A stretch of DNA of 64,000 nt from Chrysomallon squamiferum (taxonomy: Eukaryota > Animalia > Mollusca): contig CM022665.1 of the NCBI GenBank assembly GCA_012295275.1, positions 16,058,001 through 16,122,000 of the forward strand, written 5' to 3'. The translations under genes and the position numbers were made by a program. The notes beneath the pieces were generated by a model that was not told the DNA's origin, did not search any database, and was given only the letters and a program-made list of their open reading frames with translations. Below, piece by piece: positions 57,001-64,000 of the stretch (its first letter is position 1; each line of letters begins with the position of its first letter).

Positions 57001-60000
57001 CTATGTATAAGTCGACCCCCAAAATATTACCTTAATATAGTCTCCCAAAAATTCGACTTATACACAAGTATATACAGTACTACTAATCTGCATACAGCCA
57101 TATATTATAATGTACAGTAAAACATTAAAATTACTTTTCTAATTTGCATAGGGATGATTATATAAAATATTTTAAGCTATTAAAATGTCTCACATTAATT
57201 TGCATGTAGGTGATTATTTTAATAAAGAGTAAAACATAAATAAAATAATTTATTACTGTGCTGACTTTCATACAGATAATGACATGGAAAGTATGTATTA
57301 TGATTATTATTATTATTTTTCAATTACACTGCTAATTTGCATGTGCTGACTGCTACAGTAATTATATTCAGTAAACATAGACTTTATAATAATAATCTAT
57401 TCAAATTTATTAGCTAAATTTTATTCAACTTGGAAAGTACAAATTTAATAATTTATTAATTCATGATCTGATTTTCTTACAGTTATGTGATTAGTATTAC
57501 ATATTACTGTAAAACATATGTACTAAATTTAAAAAAATTATTACTGATCTGCATACAGCCAGATTAAAATTACTCTTCTAATTTGCTAATTTTCACATGA
57601 TTATTTTAATATGCAGTAAAATATATATGAAATAATTTATTAAAATAATTGTTGAATATCAACAGATGATTATTACATGGAAAGTATGTATTATTATTTT
57701 ATTTTTTTCAATTACACTGCTAATTTGCATGTGGCTGACTGCTGCAGTAATTATATTCAGTAAAATGTAAACTTCATAATAATAATTTATTGAAATTTCT
57801 TAGTTAAATTCAATTCAGCTGATGTTTAGAGAGTACATGTTTAATAATTTATTAGATTAATGTTCTGATTTGCTTATAATTTTGTCATTATTATAATAAT
57901 GTACACATGATTAAAATTAATTTTCCTGTTTGCACAGAGGTGATTATATAAAACATTTTAATTCACTGACATAAATCTGCATTATTTCATGTAGCTGATT
58001 ATTTTAATAAGCAGTACAAAAAATAAATGAATTAATTTATTAAAAGTATTGCTGAATTTTATACAGATGATTATTACATGGAAAGTATGTATTATTTTTT
58101 TTTTCCATTATTTGCATGTGGCTGACTGCTACAGTAATAATTATATTTAGCAAAACATTTACTCTATAATAATTTATTGATGTTTCGCAGCTAAATTTCT
58201 TTCAGCTGATGCTTGAAATGTACCTATTTAATAATTTACTGAATCAATGTTCAGATTTTCTTACAATTATTTGGTTAGCGTAATATGCAGTAAAATATAC
58301 ATTCTGTAATCAGTTTTTTTTTTTTTTTAAATTAATACTAATTTCTATAATAAAGAGTAAAAAATAAAAAGAAGTATTAAAATAAGTTTTTAATATTATT
58401 ACTAGTTAGCATATAGTTAATTATTATCAATTTGAACATTGTTAATTACTGTAATAAACAGTAAAGAATTAAATATTAAAATTATCATTATCAACCTCAG
58501 CATTAGAATTCAAAACAGTTTATAATTATGGTTTACTGTTATTTTGTAAATTCAAGTAGTCAGGGTAACCAATCTGTGCTGTATAAGTATTTTATCTAAC
58601 CTGTTATCCTCTATTTTAACAACTTCAGCACTGTCATAAATAAATTAAGCATTTTAATGACTATGTATAAAAAGAAATGTCTGGAAATTAAACCCATTTC
58701 AGGCTGTTTGGCAATGCACTGCATGGCCGTAACTAGACTCTTTTTGAAATGAGGCAAAAACACTTAATTGCCAAAAGTATTTGGGCAAGGGGTCTCGGGA
58801 CTGCCAGAAACTCTCACTTGAAAGATGCAAAATATGAATTCATTCAGTGGATATCATATCTATCATGGAATAGAGATTTATGTTATATATTTTTTAAATA
58901 AAATCTTAGGATAAAATGTTTAAAAATTAAAAAATAAAAAATTGTCATTTTCGGTATGAGGCCTTTGCCTCATTTGCCTCAATGTAGTTACAGCCATGCA
59001 CTCATTAATACACTAATACATTTTTATTAAATTTCCACATTTAGGGGCTAGCATGCTTTTTTAATCAGATACATGTTATTTGTATTACCATTACAATATA
59101 AAAGGTGTTTTTTATATTTAGTATAGAGAAAATATTTGCAGCTAAACAGGATTCTCAGTTGGCATTTTGATGAAGGTTTCTTATTCAAGAGATGAATAAA
59201 TATATATTAACCCTTTTCTCTGAAACCATGGTAATACATGTGACATTTGGGTAACATATGTGACAAATGGATAAAACGTGACATCTGCATTACACTTGAC
59301 ATTTGGGTAATACAGATGATACTTGGGTAACACAAATGAATTTGGTTAAAATGTGACATTTTGGTAACACACATGACTTTGGTCAATACACAATCATGAC
59401 ATTTGGTTAATTTTAGGTGACACATGACCAGTTTTAGGAACTAGGGCTATGCTAAGATCTGTGAGGATGAGAATGGAAAGGAGGTAGCATACTGAAAATT
59501 TGATTTGTTACTGTTGGCAGATACAAGAAAAAAATACTGAACTATTTCTGTTAACTACTCTAATTCAGACCTTTCATAATAGTTTCTAATTCAAAAAGAT
59601 TGTATAAAAAGTCATTAATTCATTAAACAGTATAGAATTGTTTATTTCTGATACAATATCTTAACATATAAAATGATATATGTGTTTTATGAGAGCTGAG
59701 TAAAATATACAAATAAACAAGTTAAATATAAATGCAAGAAACCTGACAAAGGCTAGCTAATAAACATCCTTGACTCCATACTAGTACAGAAATTGGACAT
59801 GAACTGGAAAATAAAAAGTTGGCGAATAATGTCTTTTCCACCCCTTATGTTTCACTGCATGTGACATCTTGCGTGGTTTTGTTTTCATCATATTGCCATA
59901 TTTAAGGAAAAGTACCTATTTTATTACCTGTGCTAAAAAAAAAAAGTAATTATATCTTTTTACAAAAATTTGTGTTACAATCAGCTGTTATTCGTTTTAC

Positions 60001-60777
60001 ATGAAAGCTATGAAAAAGTGTCTGTTTTATAATGGCATAGACAGATCAACTTTCCAGCTACATCACTATATCATAAACTTGTCTATATTCACACTTCACA
60101 GAAATTGTAAACTGAAATCTATGAACCTTGAAAATCTAGCTCATTTGAATGATCTGTTTGTTACCAGCCCTTTTGAAGTCTGCTGCTCAACACTTTATAA
60201 CTGTCCAACATACTGGGGTGAGGGTGTAAGAAGAATAATCATTATGCTAAATCACAATGTACACAAGAACACCTTAATGTTTCAGTTAATAAATGGGTTG
60301 TCTAAATGTGATATTTATTACTTTGGATTATTAAAATAACAGAAATTAGTGCGCAAGCTGAATATTGAAATACAAAGTAATCTACATTAATAATTTACTG
60401 AAATGATGATGCTGATTTTCACATAATTACTTAATTCATGTATACATTTTTTTTAAATTATCTTTATAAATTAACATAAATTATATTAGTTTATTCAAAT
60501 TACTCTGCTAATTTGCATTCAGCTAATTATTTAATTTATTCAAAATAATATACTACTTTGCATTTAGCTGATAACTGCAGACACACATTATGATTAAATA
60601 TGAGGGGTAATGCATGCATTGTTTGCAGACGTCAGCAAACATTCATGGTGCATGGTGGGATCTTGTGGGGAACATTTTGTTTGTTCATCTTTTGTATGTG
60701 AATACAAGTGTGAAGGAAAAAGAGGTAGATGGATAAAGTATGAGTGTGTGTGCTTATATATTTAATGCCTTCTAACC

Positions 60778-60812
<35 letters not shown>

Positions 60813-61045
60813 GATTCGATTCTCTAAAAACAGGTAAATCTATCACTTTTCTCACTGCATATTTATCTGTCTAATATTTAAGCCTGTAAACTGTTTCAGA
60901 TTCTGAAGATGAAAAAGAGATTGATGATGAAATTCGTGAAGAACTTACCGAGCTTCGCAAATCTCGCCTGTACAACATGCAGAGAGAACATAAAATGAAA
61001 ACAAAGGATGATAAACCAGACTCCCATGTACACACAGAACTGTAA
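31241..61045 (+). CDS. TXNDC16: Thioredoxin domain-containing protein 16 (ERp90-like, PDI family), ~841 aa, complete
   Basis: 20 GT-AG exons in frame, 2526 nt with stop: 31241-31406, 37479-37561, 38051-38124, 38375-38449, 41168-41289, 42106-42196, 42993-43161, 43745-43905, 44674-44746, 46064-46211, 47140-47289, 47550-47784, 48985-49124, 49966-50047, 50865-51003, 51674-51843, 52501-52585, 53778-53871, 55010-55132, 60900-61045. N-terminal signal peptide. TXNDC16-type motifs: DTLFDVNSVLSNIL, IEDESKGKKDIIYSY..GTYEHRIFMELAFAY, EIQDDEVAESVHR, VNCHDWTDVCQKQNITIYPT, EWKPLRKGYDYL. Ends HTEL*. Confidence 0.92.
33960..34600. repeat. Degenerate ~80-100-bp tandem repeat
   Basis: ATGCTAAAAGAATATTT.GTTAAT..CAC..TTTT.CT...TATAG recurs near 34067, 34229, 34311, 34411 and 34519. 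Confidence 0.6.
40646..40750. repeat. (AAT)n/(AAAT)n microsatellite
   Basis: About 30 perfect AAT units followed by AAAT units. Confidence 0.95.
44120..44550. repeat. Degenerate ~26-bp minisatellite (TTGTGAAGGTTCTACTAAGAGTTAA-like)
   Basis: Recurring TTGT..AAGTT/GGTTCT..TAAGAG.TAA motif in TXNDC16 intron 8. Confidence 0.65.
44764..45307 (+). mobile_element. Tigger/pogo-family internally deleted DNA transposon
   Basis: TA TSDs. TIRs CAGTGGTACCTTGACTTATGAG ... CTCATAAGTCACAGTATCACTG. Retains the transposase N-terminus MDPKKLSEKDSAEKKKQMMSIALKHEIIEKHEQSVHVGNLARQ (CENP-B/psq-type HTH). Confidence 0.9.
47843..48330. repeat. Degenerate ~32-bp G/T-rich minisatellite (TTTTGGTTTAAGGGATAAGGTATTATTTGGGG)
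   Basis: Over ten recognisable copies in TXNDC16 intron 12. Confidence 0.8.
52345..52495. repeat. Compound (ATT)n(GTT)n(ATT)n microsatellite abutting the TXNDC16 exon 17 acceptor
   Basis: Seen directly. Confidence 0.9.
52882..53253. mobile_element. Degenerate Tigger4/MER46C-like MITE
   Basis: Ends TGGGTTGAGAATCCC ... GATCCTCAACCTG. Internal AAACTTTATTTCATGCACAA, ACCTGCAGACTATCTGTATAA, TTTAGACTTAGATCC, ATATTCCAAAATC. Confidence 0.65.
55830..58300. repeat. Degenerate ~390-400-bp tandem repeat (4 units), first unit interrupted by the MITE at 56202-57077
   Basis: Anchor CATGTAG(C/G)TGATTATTTTAATA..AGTA and ACATG(G/A)AAAGTATGTATTAT recur at about 55925, 57203, 57595 and 57989. Confidence 0.8.
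56202..57077. mobile_element. Tc2/pogo-like non-autonomous DNA transposon (MITE), relatively young
   Basis: TA flanks. TIRs CCGTATATACTTGTGTA ... TACACAAGTATATACAG. Repeated TATAAGTCGA subterminal motifs at both ends. CpG-rich interior. Confidence 0.85.
58722..58998. mobile_element. hAT-like MITE
   Basis: TIRs CATGGCCGTAACTA ... TAGTTACAGCCATG, subterminal TGAGGC/GCCTCA repeats. Imperfect TSD atgcactg/atgcactc overlaps the right end. Confidence 0.7.
59211..59446. mobile_element. Possible piggyBac-like MITE with internal ~20-bp tandem repeats
   Basis: TTAA+CCCTTTTCTCTGAAAC at left, GTTTTAGGAACTAGGG+CTAT at right. Interior is degenerate GTGACATTTGGGTAACACAT repeats. Confidence 0.5.
60781..60809. 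repeat. (CT)n microsatellite forming a polypyrimidine tract
   Basis: About 14 CT units immediately followed by AG. Confidence 0.9.
60900..61045 (+). CDS. TXNDC16: TXNDC16 terminal exon with acidic tail and HTEL ER-retrieval motif
   Basis: tttcag acceptor, SEDEKEIDDEIREELTELRKSRLYNMQREHKMKTKDDKPDSHVHTEL-TAA. Confidence 0.88.
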
Positions 61046-61104
61046 CACTCTCTGATATTCAGCTAAATTCATCATTGTTGGTTGTATTCTCTTATCAGTT
61101 TAAG

Positions 61105-61110
61105 AATAAA
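61105..61110 (+). terminator. Candidate proximal polyadenylation signal of TXNDC16
   Basis: First AATAAA, 60 nt after the stop codon. The AT-rich background lowers specificity. Confidence 0.4.
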
Positions 61111-61387
61111 TGTATTTAATGAGAATGTTTTATCTTCAAAGAAGCAAAAAATTAAAGGAAAATTAAAAAATATATAGTTATAACAAATTTAAAACAGCCT
61201 GTAACTTAATGTATATTCTGTCCTGATATATCTAAATCTATACTTTAATCACTGCACATGAAAATTAATTTTAATCGAAAATAAGTGTTAAATTACTGAG
61301 AAAATAAGAAGTATAACTTTTAAGAATACATTTATTTTTGCATGATGTTTATAAAGAGTCAAAAACTTCTTGAAAGGAACTTTTTTC

Positions 61388-61427
<40 letters not shown>

Positions 61428-62964
61428 TAAATTTCGTATCTTCCATTGTTCTTGTTCTGTCAGCAAGGAATATGATGTAATTTTTTGTTGGTATTTATTC
61501 AAGCATAATTTAGTGTTCATATTGTCTTTATTTATTTATAGTTATATTTTTGAAATTCTATTTTATATATATATATATATACCTATATATATTATATATA
61601 TATGTATGTATGTAATTATAATGTGTATGTGTATGTATATGTATGTGTGTTTGTGAATATAAAATGCTTACACACACACTCACACACAAACACATTGGTG
61701 CAGATTAAAATCAAAATGTCCATTTATTTTGGAAGCATTGTAATAATTTACTTGTTACCATTCCAAACATTATTTACAAAAATGTGTGTACAATTTTTCC
61801 TTATCTCTGCTTTGCTAATGATATCAAATATTTATTATATCAGCAAGCATTGTTTCTGTTTATTCTGTGAAATGTTCAATAGGCATTTAAAGACTGATCA
61901 ATACATTGATACAAATATCAGTAATACCTATTTATGTTGAAATATGTTATACATATAATATGTATCTGTTATAGTTTTCAGAGTAATTACATATAATTTT
62001 TATTATATAGGATTTCAGAGTTGTTAGAATAATATATTAATATAATAGATGTTATCAAGAATATTTCTCACTGTTCTTGGATTTATTTTTTATTTATTAT
62101 TATTATTGTTCTTGTTATTATAATTATCATTATTTTGTTGTTGTTATTATGTTATTATGGGGGTTTTTTGTTGTCAGGTTTGTTTTGTTGCTTTTTCTTT
62201 GATCCTAGGTTTTTGACGATGGAAGTAACCTTATCAACATTAATGTTTTAAACATTTTAAATAATTGTATATCATGAAGAACAAATAATTCTTTACAAAA
62301 AATTGTAATTTCTCCTTTTATTTATTCTGTATGTTGTTTCAATGGATAAAAAATGCTTTGAAAATAAATTTAAAAAGTGCTATTTTTGTTTTTAATTTAA
62401 CAGTTTTACAGAGTTTAGTAATAATGATCCATGACGAAGAAGACCTTCCTTATAAGAAAGTTATGTGGATCGGTAGATGCCATTACGATATGCAGCTGTT
62501 GTTTTGCAAAAAATATGCCTGGTTTCATTTTATTTTATATTTATTTATTTATTTATTTATTTATTTATATTAACAAAGCTGTCAAATCATTTTCCTTATT
62601 TAACATTTCTGATCTAAGCCTGCAAAAATGAATGCTACTTTACCACATGCAATGCCATAATAAGGATAATAATCATATATTAAAAATGTGTTAAGCAAAA
62701 AAAAATGGCTCGTTACTTTAACAGGAGAGCATATATAACAATTATTTACAAATATGCCTTATGTGAACTTTTCTTGCCAAGTTACAAGGCCATTTTCATA
62801 TAAATAGTAATAATAACAAAAGTCCCGAGTCCATTCTTGTATTAAAAAGTTTTATATAAAAATACGCTATAAACCTGAAAACAGAAAATAAATTCGAAAA
62901 AGAAATTCTGTACGATTATTCTAGCCGTGGAAGATTCCAGAAAAATAATGGTGCGGGTGACAAT

Positions 62965-63374
62965 CAGGGCTGGTTCAGTCATAGAGGCAAACTAGGCGGC
63001 CGCCTAGGGCGCTGATTTCAGGGAGCGCATCAACAACAGTTTTGAAAAATAAATAAATAAATTTAATTTTTATTGAGGATCGTTTCTTTTCTTTTCTTTT
63101 ATCCTGGTTTACTTCATACAGGGACAAATAATCGTGAAGATTCAGTCTGACCGGACAAGCAAAATGAGTGAATGGAAGTCGGGCGTACACGAAACTTCAG
63201 TATGTAATTATGTTCACGTATTTTTCCGTAGAATCACGCGTATACGAAACTTATTTTAATGGTATAAACAAGGAAAGAAATGGCTTGTGTTTATAAATTT
63301 TGAAATCGATGTTTGCCTGGGGGCGCCAGAATCTAACCTTGCCTAGGGCGCCAGATGGTCTGGCGCAGGCCCTG
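62965..63374. mobile_element. hAT-superfamily MITE, recent insertion
   Basis: Perfect 8-bp TSD GTGACAAT (62957-62964 and 63375-63382), ends CAGGGC ... GCCCTG, subterminal GCCTAGGGCGC motifs, CpG intact. Confidence 0.92.
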
Positions 63375-64000
63375 GTGACAATTAACAGAATAGTGTGACG
63401 TCACTAAAATGCTTTAATAACGCAATTTGTGTTATTCATCTGCACTCTGTGTGTTTAAATTTACCCAAGCAAATCTGGTGTGTTGAAATTACACCGTATG
63501 TATGTATATCTATAACATTTTTCATTTCATCTTTTGTTTTCACTTGTTTTTAAGCACTTCACATTAATCTCAGAGTTGAAACTCATTCCAGTTTATATTC
63601 AGCGATTGGTTGAAATTATGTTACAGTTTTATTTTCACGAAGGAAACTGCATGTAATTGCAAATAATAACAAGAGTGTATTGCAATGGCGATATCTGATT
63701 TTTACATTCTCGCTCGTTTTATATATGTTTTTTTTTTTTTTTTTCTTCTTCTTTTTTCTCTTCTTGTCTTGCTTTTGTCTTCTTTTTTTTTTTTTTTTTG
63801 TTTTTTGTATTGTTCTAACATATTCTTAAATGCATTCAGGGATCATCAGATAAATTTCTTCAATATTATTCGTTTTAATTTTAATGAATTTACATAATTT
63901 CCACTCGTAGCTGTAATATTATTTAGACTAAATGGCAATACTAAAAATTAATGCGGTGAAGAAAGAAGTGTCAATGTGCGGCATGTAGTACGTGCTCGGA

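Noticed and set aside
60001-62631. Several 60-112-aa ORFs in the last intron and 3' flank
   Set aside because: Low-complexity AT-rich translations without splice-consistent structure or recognisable motifs.
63900-64000. GC-richer stretch at the window end, possibly the next gene
   Set aside because: Too short, with no recognisable protein or RNA motif.

Overview
AT-rich, intron-dense animal genomic DNA (probably an invertebrate, mollusc-like; taxon not certain) with two head-to-head multi-exon genes. On the minus strand, 41 coding exons (30405 down to 329) splice in frame to about 2907 aa of LYST, a BEACH-family lysosomal trafficking regulator. It runs off the window start within the PH domain, so BEACH and WD40 lie outside. 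On the plus strand, a complete 20-exon TXNDC16/ERp90-like gene (31241-61045, about 841 aa) has a signal peptide and a C-terminal HTEL. The start codons are only about 835 bp apart, across a CpG-retaining bidirectional promoter. Introns hold several non-autonomous DNA transposons (Tigger/pogo, Tc2-like, hAT, piggyBac-like), minisatellites and a roughly 400-bp octamer-rich tandem repeat. Most notable: a candidate alternative acceptor or 22-nt micro-exon that would remove the TXNDC16 HTEL signal; a Cys/His cluster in the LYST N-terminal region; an obligatory GC-AG intron in LYST; and Tigger elements resembling vertebrate families. All exon models and homology calls were made by eye, from splice signals, frame continuity and recalled sequences; no database search was run.
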